Shown piece by piece: positions 41,895 through 55,243 of a DNA stretch of 64,000 nt (positions are counted from its first letter, which is position 1; every line of letters starts with the position of its first letter). The notes beneath the pieces were generated by a model, which saw nothing but the letters and a program-made list of their open reading frames with translations, made no database searches and was not told where the DNA came from. The stretch lies in assembly GCF_009914755.1 (NCBI RefSeq), contig NC_060928.1, one strand, 5' to 3'. Position numbers and translations under genes: made by a program. This stretch comes from the human T2T-CHM13v2.0 reference genome, Homo sapiens.

Positions 41895-42185
41895 TAATAA
41901 TAAATAGCATTTATTGAACATTCACTCTCAGTGCCCACAGAGAGCATCATCTACGGTGTATTCTGTGCAGTGGCTTGCCTTCTCTAAGTACTACTCTGAA
42001 AGCTTTGCATGTGTTGTTTCTTCAAATCCTCAAGTCATCCAATGAACTAGGGGCTTGCATTAGGTCCCTTTTATGGAATAAGAAAGTGACTCACAGAGAG
42101 GTTAAGTACCTTACATAGGTCCCTCAGCTAGTAAATAGAGGAGTTAGGATTCATAACCAAGCAATCTAGTGACCATGCTTTTAGT
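41895..42185 (-). mobile_element. MIR
   Basis: aatagcatttattgaac...cacagagaggttaagtacctt...gctagtaaatagagg. Confidence 0.6.
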
Positions 42186-44026
42186 CCTGTACTGTGCTTC
42201 CCTTCTGTTGGAGACCACTTGCCTATCCAAACTTTCACGGTCATCATTTTAACTATCCCAAGCTTCTGCACTTCATTTCTGATCAATAGTCTGAATCCAC
42301 ATATAGTCCTTTTTTTTTTTTTGCTTATTAAACACTAAACATAAAAGCATTATAATTCAAATATACATGTGCATATTATAAGCTACTCCTAAATGAATGT
42401 GTTTTCATGACACGTTCTGGGATAAAAAGATAAGCAAGAAAAAGCCCCTTTAATTAAGAAGCTTATAGTTCAGAGAGGAATAACGCATGAACTCAACTAA
42501 ATATATTGCTCAAAGTGGAATGTGCAGACATAACATATTCCAGTAGCACAGAGGAGCAAGTGATTCATTCTTATTTGGTGAGTATGGTGCTGTGGACCTT
42601 GCCTCAGAGAGAGAAAGCTGAAGGATTTGTATTAAGTAAGATAACTGGGAGACATGGGCATAGACAATGTGTAGTATAGAAAATGAGGACATTTTTCCAG
42701 CATCTTTGCTCACTGAGGATGCTGAAGAAATGCAGCAACATGTAGATATGTGTCTCAATTATTGTTGGATTGTTAATATCAAGAAATGATGCCTTGACAC
42801 ACACACACATACCTATTCATTCATCTGTCTATTCATTTTTTCACCAAATCCCTGGTTAAAGTAATCTCAGTTCATAGGGATGGCAATTATCTTCCTTAAT
42901 GGGTATGCATCCTTCAGCCTCAAGAAGATTTAGAATGTAGTATAAAAGTGTTTAAGACTCAGAATTTTAGCATTGATATTTGTGTGTTATGGAAGACTCT
43001 GCTCAGGTTTAGAATTTATTATATATGCATAAAATAAGTAACAGATTTCAGTCTTTTTGAATGGTAGCCTCATAACATTAAGTTAAAATGTACGATTGAG
43101 AAATTGTTCTCAACTTGTGTGAGAAGAGAGTGGACCTTGTTTGTATCCCAAAGCCACCTGTGCAATAACATGAAAAGTATGGGTGAAAGCTTAACTGGAG
43201 TGGGTTTAACAGAGAATGGAAAGAGTGAAATTGCACAGCAAGTACAGATCAAAGTGTAGAGCCAGACGTTGCTGTCATTCCTTGAGCATTGACTATGGTG
43301 CTGGCTGTGGCTTTGAAGCCTTACCCTTAGGTGATTGTGAAAGCAGCAGGCATCCCAGAGAGGGATAAGAGTGAGAGAAGATAACAAGACTGTATGTGAG
43401 CTCACCTGTGACACCTTTCAGGGTGGGACCCAGGAGCTGGAGATGTTTATAGCTAGGTAGATGGAAACTAACACCTGCAAATTTAGCTTATTACCTTTAA
43501 TGAAGCCCTATTGGTACCTACAGACTTTTGAGCTTAGACTTACTCTACTTGAGTAAAAACAAAAAGGAAAGAAAATCTGGGACAGTGAAGGGAACAAGAA
43601 ACTGGAGGAACTATAGAGAGTGGATGTATTAGCAATTCCAGATGGAATAAACAGAAATTCACTTTTCGTCTGTGTCTCACGAGGCACAAGAGTCCAAGAC
43701 CTCAAAGTCGGGAAATAAAGCTGAATCTTCTTCTCCAGAGCCTCATGGCCACTCATTTCTTCATTTGTCTGTATGTTTGTGTCATTCTTTTTTTTTTTTT
43801 TTTTTTTTGCTTTTAACTGCAAATCTGCTTCTCTATTTCTCTCTGTTTATGCCATAAAATGACTGTTGCAGTGTTTTGTCTTTCTGTCCAAGCAGTTAGA
43901 AATTGATAAAAGTTGTGAGTCATAATTGCAAATTTCCAGGAGAAAAAAATGTGATTGACCCAGTTTCAGTCACTTCTGGTTAAGAGGGCAGAATCATCTG
44001 GCCCATGTTCATCTTTATAAGCATGA

Positions 44027-44405
<379 letters not shown>

Positions 44406-46895
44406 ACAAATGGGTATTTCTAATGTAGTGAGACGTGTCTGGAAAACGCAGCTAGAGAAGAGTATCATTCCCAATCCAATTTTTAAATAGAAGCCAGTTT
44501 AAAACTTTTGTTCACTTAGAACATCAAAGGATTTGTACTAGTTTTAAAGTAGTTTTTCATCAAGTTTAAGGAATAAAATGAAGCACAATAATTAGGTCAA
44601 TGATTTTCAAAGCGTTTTGTTGTTGTTGCTTCAGCAGAATATTTTTGCAAATGAAATCTCATGTGCACCTCCTCAAGATAAAAGAGATTCAAGGGGGCTG
44701 CTACGGCTAAAGTATTGTCAAGGGTCATGGAATCCTCCCTGCCCATCCCCTGAAGGACATATATTGTATTCTAACAGACTCCATTTTATACTTCTATTAC
44801 TAACCCCCTCTGTACCCACAACATCCACATGGAAGTACTCTTGAGTTACCTTAGGGAAATTTCATCTTTCTTGGCATATTTATTTACATACATGTACTCT
44901 TCATATTGACAAATGTATTTTATGTGAAAAGATTCATACACGTTTGTGTTAAATACCACTAAGGGTGGGACTATTCCCTTTTGGTTCACCATTGTGACCC
45001 TACCTATCCAAACCACTGCTTGAAACATAGAGGCGCTGAAGCAATAGTTGTACTGAGTGAATATATATAAATTAATAAAATTACATAGATGGGGACAACC
45101 TCATCCTTTTAAAAAGAGTCTCCTAACAGAAGTCTAGTGGTTTTGCAATAAATATTTGCTAAATTAAGTCAACTTAAAAAATGAAAATATAACCTCTATC
45201 ATTTATATTAACTTGGTAATGTTACAACTGTGGCAGTGACAACATAGCTAACAAAATTTTGGCCGTCTTTCTGGGTGAGCTAATGTGTGGTCAGGCCTAA
45301 GAAATGACTTACAGAGTTAGAAGTTGCTACTAATTTTCTGTTTTTGAGTATTCCCCCAAATAAGTCTATATTGTAAAGGAGGTCTAATAAAAAATACTCT
45401 TGTAAACATTTACTATTTACATAAAATTCATTGCTTCTTGTACAGTGTAGTCAAGTACTAATTTGTGTATCAATCTATGGCAACATATTGAATCTGAATG
45501 AAATAAATTTTTGATTTTGTTTTTCATCTACATTTTTAATCTGGTTGCTAAAATAGTAGTTTAACTGGTAGTTTATATAATTTTCATATAAAAATAGTTA
45601 ATATATACATGGGAAATACTGGTTTACTTTGAAATATATACATTGTAGAAAAAGTTAATGTATATATTTATGCTATAGACATTTGTTCCAATTATTATAA
45701 TTTCATCAATAGATATAAATTCAAACCTCAGAAATAGATATTTATGAATTAATTTTTAGTAAAAACAAACTAAAATCCCACTGTCCAATTTTAGACATTT
45801 GTGAGGATGTGTTATATTATAGGGAATATCTCTCTGCTGAAAGGATTTGTAGCAGTAGAAGTTGCTCCTTAAATCTTAGAAAAATATTGAAAAGCTATGT
45901 TTAAAAGTCTGACATACATACATACATGGGGTGATTACTATAGGCTGAAATTGATTTGTTTTGTTTGATTTTCACAAAGCTACAGAGCTATACAAAGCTA
46001 TACAGAACTGAGCATTAGAGCAGGTTGAGTATTCTATGGACAGGATTAAAGCGGGCATAATTTCTGCTGAAATAAACAGTAAGAAAGCAAATAGGAGAAA
46101 TTACTCTAAAGCCTTTTTGAAGAGCATCCTTTCCTGAAAAGCTGTTGAAAGCACAAATTGTTATTAGTATACATGCTAGAAGACCAGGTGACACCCATCC
46201 TGTTGGAAATCTGGCACTGGGGTTGTTAAAATGTAGGCTTATATGGAAAATATCTTGACTGTAGGGTGTGTTTGTGATGGCCAACTTGACGTTGAAATTT
46301 AAAATTGTGCTTTTGTTATGTAACAAACATGTTACGAATTCATGTCCTGATCATAATTTACCTTAAACATATTTTATATTATTTTTATTTTTACATTATT
46401 TAATTTTGTTAGGTTTTCACAAAAGACCTACTGTCCTCTCCTCAAAGGTTTATAATTTAGAACATGTAGCTGAAAATGCATTAAAAGCAGATATAGCTAA
46501 TACACAATTTTACCATAAGTGTAAATAGTAGGGCTACTTGTCTGATATTGTAAATCTATATATTTCTGCCCATCAGAAATAAAAGAAATACAGCAAGTTT
46601 CTCTATGACATTTCAAGATATTTTCATATATTTATCTTATCAATTATTGATTTGAGTAAAATCAGAGTAACTCTCAAAAAGATGCCATTATAATAAGCTA
46701 ATTAAATAAAAGATAATTTGTACATTGCATCATTGTATTACAACTATTTACTTAAAGACTCATTTATAATAATCTCCCTGCATATAAATGTAGCAGCTTG
46801 GGGATTTGGTAAGGTTCGTAACACTGACATTCTGAAAAAGGAGGTATGGGGCAGGAGTCTACCACAGCAGCTCACCAACAGTAAAGTGGTCTTAT

Positions 46896-47514
46896 TGTTA
46901 CTGGAAAAGAGTTCCTATCCAGACTCCAAGAAGGGGTTCTTGGATCTCATGCAAGAAATAATTCAGGGTGAGTCCATAGAGTAAAGTGAAAGCAAGTTTA
47001 TTAAGAAAGTAAAGGAACAAGGAATGGCTACTCCATAGGCAGAGCAGCAGCCTGAGCTGCTGGTTTGCCATGTTAATGGTTGTTTCTTGATTATATGCTA
47101 AACAAGGGGTGGATTATTCATGAAGTTTCTGGAAAAGGGGTGGGCAATTCCCAGAACTGAGAGTTTCTCACCTTTTTAGACTGTAAGGTAACTTCCTGAT
47201 GTTGCCATGGCATTTGTAAACTGTCATGGCGCTGGTGGGGGTGATTTCTAGCATGCTAATACATTGTAATGAGCAGTGAGGACAACCAGAGGTTACTCTT
47301 ATCACCATCTTGGTTTTGATGGGTTTTAGCGGACTTCTTTACCACAACCTGTTTTATCAGAAGGCCTTTATGACCTGTATCTTTTGCTAACCTCCTATCT
47401 CATTGTGTGGCTTAGAATGCCTAAGCTCCTGGGAATGCAGCCCAGGAGGTCTCAGCCTTATTTTACCCAGCCCCTATTCAAGATGGAGTTGCCCTGATTC
47501 AAACACCTCTTACA
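46896..47514 (-). mobile_element. MER41B solo LTR
   Basis: Reverse complement begins tgtaagaggtgtttgaatcagggcaactccatcttgaataggggctgggtaaaataaggctgagacc, matching the recalled MER41B start; TSD ttat / atat. Confidence 0.85.
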
Positions 47515-47884
47515 ATATCCCTGGATGTGAGGTTAAATAGGAGTCCTGAGCGTGGTATTGGTAGCTCTTTCCTTGAAATCGTTACTCTTCGGTTTCCATT
47601 TTGATGATAATAAGCCACTTTTCCTATAACAGATGGATTAGCCCTTTGTTTCACAATTGGGTATCAATTTGAAATACAATCATATTTCCTGTTCTATTAC
47701 ACTTTATGCTGCATCTCACTTCAGATGAAGGATGATGCATTGTGATTTGGGTAGGTTTTGACAAGGAGTGATTGTAATGCCCCACTATTCTATGGCTTCC
47801 ACAGCTGTCTCTGCTCTTCTGTATATATATACATGTATACGTATATGTACATGTGTATATATATGTTTGCTATTTCACCATCCC

Positions 47885-48122
47885 AGGCCCTTTTTGCCCT
47901 TCTGTCTCTTCCACCATGTGAAGACACAGCATTTCTCCCTTCCAGAGGAAAAAGCAACAAGGTACCATCCTAGAAGCAGACACAGCCTTCAGCAGACACT
48001 AGATCTGCTGGCACCTTGATCTTGAACATCCCAGCCTCTAGAACTGAGCAAATAAATTTATATTATTTGTAAATCACACAGTCTGTGGTATTTTGTTATA
48101 GCAGCATAAGTGGACAAAGCCA
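47885..48122 (+). mobile_element. MSTD-like LTR 3' half
   Basis: ccatgtgaagacacagc...cccagcctctagaactg...ttttgttatagcagca. Confidence 0.7.
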
Positions 48123-49052
48123 GATATGTACATACACATTTGCCAGGACTAATTTAGAAAGCCAATTAGAAAGAGATTCTGGGCCACTGCACAGTCTGGG
48201 ACAATATACATGGAAATAACTAACTCTTGAATCACTGTAAATTTTGTGATTCTGGAAGATGTACAACAAGCCCCACTATTCTATGGCTTCCACATCTGTC
48301 TCTGCTCTTCTGTGTATATATACATGTATATGCATATGTACATGTGTATATATATATATGTTTGCTATTTCACCTAAAGAATTTCTTTTTTTAAAAAAAA
48401 GTGTTATACATTGACAAATGACAGTTGTATATATTTATAGGATACAAAATAGTGTTATGAATTTTGAGTACAATGTGAAAAGATTAAATTAATCTGATTA
48501 ACATATCACCTCAAACATTTAACATTTGTGTGATGAGAACGTTAGAAATGTACTTTTAGTGTTATTGAAATGTACAGAACTCGATTATTAGTTCTATTCA
48601 TCACACTGTGCAATTGATCTAAAAACAATCAAACTTATTCCTCCTATCTGAGGCTTCGTATCCTTTGACTATCATTTTTCCATTCCCCCCATTCCATGGT
48701 GGAAGAGCGTCTTGTAAGCACCATTCTACTCTCTGCTACTTAGAGTTCAATTGTTTTACATATCCCACAGAAGAGAAAGCATGCAGTATTTGTCCGTATG
48801 TATTGGGCTTATTTTATTTAACATAATGCTCTCCGTTTACATCAGTGTTGTCAGAAATGACAGAGTTCCTTCTCTTTTTAAGGCTGAATGGTATTCCATT
48901 GTGCATGTATACCACATTTTCTTCATTCATTCATCCCTTCATGGACACCTAGGTTGATTCTATAACTTGGCCATTGTTAATGGCACTGTGATAAGCATGG
49001 GAGTGCAGATATCTCTTTGATATACTGATTTCCCTTCTTTTTGGTGTATACC

Positions 49053-49759
49053 TGTTACCAGCAGCAAATCTATATCCATACAGGTCTGCAGCAACCTCAG
49101 TTCTTGCCTCCTCAGAAGAAAGAATTTTACTGAGGACCATAAGGCAGAAGGAGAGACCTAGGCATATTTTAGAGCAAGAGCGAAAGTTTGCTAAAAAGCT
49201 TTAGAGCAGAAATGAAAAGATATAAAGTACACTTGGAAGAGGGCCAAGGGGGCAACTTAAGAGTTTAAGTGTGCTGTTTGAACTTTGACTTGGGATTTTA
49301 TATGTTGGCATACTTCTGGGGTCTTGCGTTCCTTCTCCCCTGATTCTTCCCTTGGGGTGGGCTGTTCACATGCGCAGTGGCCTGCTAGTGCTTGGGAAGG
49401 GAGGAATGCATGAGCATTGTGTTTACTGGAATCGTCCTCATGCTCACTTGAGGTGTTCTTTCCTTACCAGTTTAGCATTCCTAGAAGAAGTTCATTTAGC
49501 AGTGAAACTCTGCCATTTTGCCTCCTAATGCACATGCTTGAGTCCACTTGCCTAACTCCTGAGATCTTATCAGGAAGCTTATGATCAGGTTTTTTCTACC
49601 TATTGGAAGCCTACCTTTCCCTAGTGCCGGCTGTGACCAATTATTATTTTACAGAGACCGTTAACAATCACCTGATCATCACCTGATGGTCTTCTGAGAT
49701 TCCCGGTGCGGGGTGCCTCTCCTGCCCTGTTCATGCCTGACTACCTACCTACTGTAACA
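49053..49759 (-). mobile_element. MER50 solo LTR
   Basis: TGTTAC...GTAACA termini; reverse start tgttacagtaggtaggtagtcaggcatgaacagggcaggagagg; 4-bp TSD TACC (49049-49052, 49760-49763). Confidence 0.85.
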
Positions 49760-49897
49760 TACCTAGTAGTGGGATTGTTGGATCATATGTTAGTACTATT
49801 TTAGCTTTTTGGGTAACCTCTATACTGTTTTCTATATGATGTACTAACTTACACTCCTAGCAACACTGTATAAGGGTTTCGTTTTTTCCACAACCTT

Positions 49898-50466
49898 TTC
49901 TTAGGAGGCAAGAGAAAACTTTACCTTTGCCCTCTGAAAGTTTGCTGGGAAATTAACTGACAACAGGCAGATTAGTTGGATAAATGGCATACAAATTTAT
50001 TGACATGCACATAGGGGAGAAGCACAAAGTGATTATCACCTCCCCATGGGGTTCAGAAGCTTATATACCATTTTGAGGTTGCAGAAAGAGTAGGGGCCTG
50101 ATCATAGCCAAGCAGGTTATGGTGGCAGAATAGATCATGGGAGGGGGAGAAGAGCAGGCCTGTGTAGCAAATGTGGTCTTGTGATGTAAATGAAACCTCA
50201 CAGGTAGCAGCTGTCAGAGGGAATAGATGGTAAATGTTTCTTTCGGACTTTTACAGGTGTCAGACTCTCAGTTAATCTTTCCTAGATCTGGACAAAGAAA
50301 AGCCTCAAAGAAAACCTGTTTCCATCAATGCTGATTCTCTACAGATGCAAATCTCTCCCACAAAAGGCAAGTTTGCAGGGATGCTTCTGTTTGCAGGCCC
50401 TCTGAACAGTCATCTCAAAATATGTCAAGGAAGTATATTTTGGGTGAGATATTTTTATTTTTTTCA
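49898..50466 (-). mobile_element. MER34/MER39-family LTR
   Basis: Reverse start tgaaaaaaataaaaatatctcacccaaaatatacttccttgacatattttgagatg. Confidence 0.7.
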
Positions 50467-52849
50467 TCACCAACACTTTTGTCTTTTTGATAACAGCCAT
50501 TCTAACAAATGTGAAGTGATATTTCTTTGTGGTTTTAATTTGCATCTTCCTACATACGGATTAGTGATGTTGAGTTTATTTTCATGTATCTGTTACCCAT
50601 TTGTATATCTTTTTAAGAAATGTCTATTCAGGTCCTTTGCTCATTTCTTAATCAGATTATTTGTTTTCTTTTTATGGAGTTGAGTTCCTTACATGTTTTG
50701 AATATTTATCCCTTATCAGATGTATGGCTTGTCAATATTTTCTCCCAGTCTGGAGTTTGTCTGTTCACTTTATTAATTGTTTCCTTTGATGTGTGTCCTT
50801 TGATTCTTATATCTTGTTCTGTTCTCAGTAAAACAGAGCTCTGGTTTCGCTACTCTCTAGCTCCAACCCCTTTAATAGGTTTCCCTCACCTGTTGCTTCA
50901 GCCCACTTCACACATCAATTTTGCTGCAGCTCCTTTCATATTTACTTTCACCAAAATTGCTCACTGTGCTGCACAAAAGGCCTTGGACTGCCCTCTTCTT
51001 GGCCTTTCCATGCTCCTTTGCTTGTTCATTTGTGGCATAACTATATATTGGGGCCTGTTTGGTGCCAGGGTCTGGTTTGTTCTTTCCACCAAGAAGGAAA
51101 TGACCTCTTTCCTTATCTCCTCATATATAATCCTATCCATTATTCATAGCCCAGCTGAAACACTTCACGTGGCCTTCCTTGATATATACTAACAGTCCTA
51201 CTCTCCAATTCTGGGATCTCATGACCTTTTATTATATGATCTGTATTTTTCTAATATGTCACATTCTGTTTTGCATTCTCATTACTTTATGTAAGTGCCT
51301 CTATTAGATTACAGTCTCCTTGAAGACACAGACTTTGTTTTAGTTAGTCCTTCTTCTTCCCCTGTCATCTCTAGCATGGGATTTTGCAACTTCTCTTAAG
51401 CATTTGTGGAACAAAGAACTAAGACTAGATTTTAAACCAGTTAAATACACACTGATTTCTACATGGAAAATTTAGAAAGCCAATAGATTTACTTTACAAT
51501 GTTATCTGGTCTTGGTACAAAAGTATTATTTAGAATTATTTAGAATAATTAGCACTTACTTATTACTTACAGTCAAATGAATTTTTATTTCCCTCTGGCT
51601 CTTACTTAGTTAAAATGTTTACATAAGAAGAAGGAGGAGGAGCAAAAACAACAAGATGAAATAACTTAACGTACACTAAGTTAGTTTTTGAAGCTGGGTT
51701 TCTCAGACTCCTTAGAAGCGGGATTTCATGAATGAACTTAAGGAGGTCTTGGAACTCCATGAAGTTAGATGCAAATCTTCAGGGTGAGTCAGTAGTTGTC
51801 ATCTAATTCTCAAAGAGATCTTTTACACAAAACCAAAACTAAATAAAACTCCAGTGTTATAATTCATTTTCTTTTTCCATTTACTTTCTTCTGGCATTTC
51901 AAAGAATGCCACTATATATGAAAGGCTTTTTAAAAACTAAGTTCTATAAGTAAATTAATTTTAGAGGTTAATATGGTCGTCAGCAAAACTCCATGACATA
52001 GAAACTACTAGTTAGTAAGACAAATGAATGTCAAGGGTAGTTTTGTTTTTTATTTTCCCACCATCTTCATGGGATAAAATACGTGAATATGAAGTCAGCA
52101 GACCTAAGGGCTGATGGATAATTATGAAAGACAGTGTGATTTGTTCCTTAAGTACTAAAAGAGATTTAAAAAAAATACTATCTTGTTTAATGTCTGCAGA
52201 CATGATGCTCTCATTCCACTAAGTCTCTACTTACAACTATACACCATAGTTCAGCTATTCGCCATAGTGTGAATACTTAACAACTATTCACCATAGTGTC
52301 CTATAAAGTTGTTGGTATAACAAACCAGATGGGAAGCAGACCTCTGTAGTTTATAAAATAAGTAGCTTTTCCCCTCACTAATCTCACAGCATTGGTTTTT
52401 CAGTGCTGCTAAAATTAAAAAAAAAAAAAATTCTTTAGTTTAGCCCTCCACAGGTGAGTTGCTTTTCTAACTGCATCTGCTACTACGCCCATAGGCCGAC
52501 CCTAAGTTCCTGACAGATGAGATTACTTGCAAGGTCTTGTACTTTTTCAAGTTTCTGCTTTTTCTCATCCTGTTCTTTCTTTTTTACATGGAATTACTGA
52601 ATTTTATTATTCATTCTATCAGTTGTTATTAAGTATCTTGGGCCAGGACCAAGCACTGTGAGTAAGTATATACTCATAGTGAGTATACTTAAATGCTTAA
52701 ATTGAGTATACTTAAATAAACTATTAGTAGATGATCAATATGTTTGTTTGGCTTGAATGTACAATACAAGAATTTATGGGTGGCACTGGGGATGAGGCAG
52801 CTTCTCAAGGATTATTTAGGCAGAAAAAGTTTCTTTACATTAAAACCTA

Positions 52850-53229
52850 TAGTCATGTCTTGCTTAATGATAGGGATACATTCTGAGAAAATTGTGGGTA
52901 ATTTTTGTCCTTGTGCAAACATCACAGAGTATACTTATGTAAACCTAGATGGCATGGAGTACTAGGCACACCTAGGCTATATGGTACAGCCTATTGCCCC
53001 TACAAACCTACACAGCATGTTACTGTACTGAATACTGTAGGCAATTATGTAACACAATGATATTTGTATATCTAAACATATCTAAACTTATAAAAGTCAC
53101 AGTAAACATAGGTATAAAAGATTAAATAGGTACATTTGCATAAGGCAGCTCCATTATAATCTTATGGGACTACCCTTGTATATGTGGTCTGTGGTTGACA
53201 AGAACCTTGTTATGTGGTCTGTATGACTG
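52850..53229 (-). mobile_element. Tigger3a-like non-autonomous DNA transposon
   Basis: Terminal inverted repeats tagtcatg / tatgactg; internal sequence is the reverse complement of both ends of the 21532-23838 element. Confidence 0.8.
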
Positions 53230-55118
53230 CATAAGTTAGGCCTCATAGTCATTTCTACAAATCGAAACTGCCATCTATATGTAAATAACAATGGAAGTAT
53301 GCACATATGCCAAAGTTTAGAAAGTATTATTTTAAGATGTATTTTAGACAACAAAAATTCAACAATTAATAATAGTCCATTTGGACTATTGGGGAGCCCC
53401 AAAATAAGTAAAGTATAATATATCTAGGGTTGCCAGATTTAGCAAGCAAAAATATAAGATGTCCAGCTAAATTTGTTGCCAAAAGCCCTTTTCTCCAAAT
53501 TTTCTAAGTCCTCATTTTGTTCCTGAGGCTGGTATTGTTTTCTGGGGCAGCACTGGGCCAAGGTCTCAACTGTGTGGGCTCCAGACCCAGTGACTCCTGC
53601 TCTCTGGGAGCTCTCTGACCCCCTATTCCATGCATGGAGCTAAACAGATGTCCTCAGAGATATTTGCTTAGTTACTGGAGGGGTTGTCTCAGCTGGCGGC
53701 TGGGCCAGAGTTCCAGGAGGCAGTCTGGCGAGCAGATCTCTCCTCTGACTTGGTCAGTGTTTCTTTCTCTCACTGTGTACAAGATTGGGCTGCCAGAATG
53801 GTGCTGAAATGTTCATTATGGGTGACTCACCCACTGTATAAAAATGGACAAAGGCAAGGCTCTGGGAGACTGGCTGAGCTTTGAGCTGGAACTGCATGTG
53901 GGGGCCTATGAGCTGTCTGTGTTCCAAGGGAGAAGGCCACCTTCAGTCTACTGCACCTGAGGGACAGAGGATCTTTCACTGCTGGCTCCCAAGGCAGTCA
54001 CTCACCTTTCTGCAGGTGGTCCTTCCGGGTGGCCATGCCCCAGACTGTCCAAGAACTTTAGAGATCATTGCTCTGTAACTCTCAATGGGCCCTCCTGATG
54101 GATATCCTCTCTTGTTTCTTTTCTATGTGGATGTGTGTCCTCCTGATCAGTCTTAAGCCATTTTGGAAGAGGAAGGGAAATTCTTTGCTTCCAGTCTTAA
54201 GCCATTTTGGAAGAGGAAGGGAAATTCTTTGCTTCAGTGGCACTCTTCCTTCTCTGACTATGGCTCTTCCCTTAACCTTCCCACGTGGTGGTATGTGGAA
54301 GGCAAGGTTGCAGTTTCAGCATTAAAAGGGATCACATTCTAGGAATGGAGTGATTGTGACCTAAAGAGTTCAAGAAGAGGCAGGATAAGTATAATATGAC
54401 CAGAAAAGGAATTATTGTTTACATTTTTCTGCACTATCTGGGTAAAACTTGCTTTTGTGGTCATCATCAGTAAAACACAGTGTCATCTTTTGAGGGTCAC
54501 TGGCGATCAGCATTTATGGGAGGCACTGAGGATGAGGCAGCTTCTCAAAGATGATGTAATCAATATGAAAGAACTGAAATTAGGAAACTGTGGAGACAAG
54601 AAGATCTATATTGTTTCAATACACACAAGTTCCAAAGAAGCATGGCATTATGAGTGATAATTGTGTTACTACCTTTTTCTTGCTGAGAGTGATAGGAAAT
54701 TAACCAAGAACAGCATATAACAATAAAGAACATGAAGACACAGTTTCTGGACCTACTGAGGAAGAGATGATCATTACCTAGACATTAGGAGGAATCTTCA
54801 CATTCACTGACTGGACGATACAAAAAAATATATTTAAGAACCTCTTCTCTACCCATTATATTAAACTGTCGTCAATCACTAAACATTGCATAGTTTTGTG
54901 ATTTCTTAATGGATTTAATCAAATTGTTTATATGGAAGGGGCCCTGCATACTCTTGGGGAGCCCAGCCAGAACCAGCACATAGTCCACGGATAGTGTAGA
55001 AGGAATGGTGTCCATTACTTCCAGGAGACTCTTCGGTGCCCATCTACTTGTGGGAGGACATTATCCCTTTTAATGGTCCAAGAATTTACAAGCCCTCTAA
55101 AACATACGGTATGTCTGT

Positions 55119-55243
55119 TGCTGTGGTTTGAAGGTGTCCCCCAAAAAGCGTGTGTTATAAATTTAATCCCCAATGCAACAGTGTTGGAAGGTGGGACCTA
55201 ATGAGAGGTGATTAGGCCATGAAGGCAGAGGAAATAGATTAAC
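55119..55243 (+). mobile_element. MST-family LTR 5' fragment
   Basis: tgctgtggtttgaaggtgtccccc...aatccccaatgcaacagtgttgg...gaggtgattaggccatg. Confidence 0.7.

Larger units (their letters stand above)
48400..50790 (-). mobile_element. L1MA fragment with two nested LTRs
   Basis: Antisense L1MA 3' UTR and ORF2 sequence resumes after each LTR. Confidence 0.8.

Noticed and set aside
46896-47514. Functional link between the STAT-motif LTR and the ZNF341 (STAT3 regulator) retrocopy
   Set aside because: MER41B is abundant, and proximity at about 28 kb is no evidence of a link.
47885-55243. MST 3' half and MST 5' half as one rearranged LTR
   Set aside because: Wrong order, 7 kb apart and no shared TSD; independent fragments are more parsimonious.
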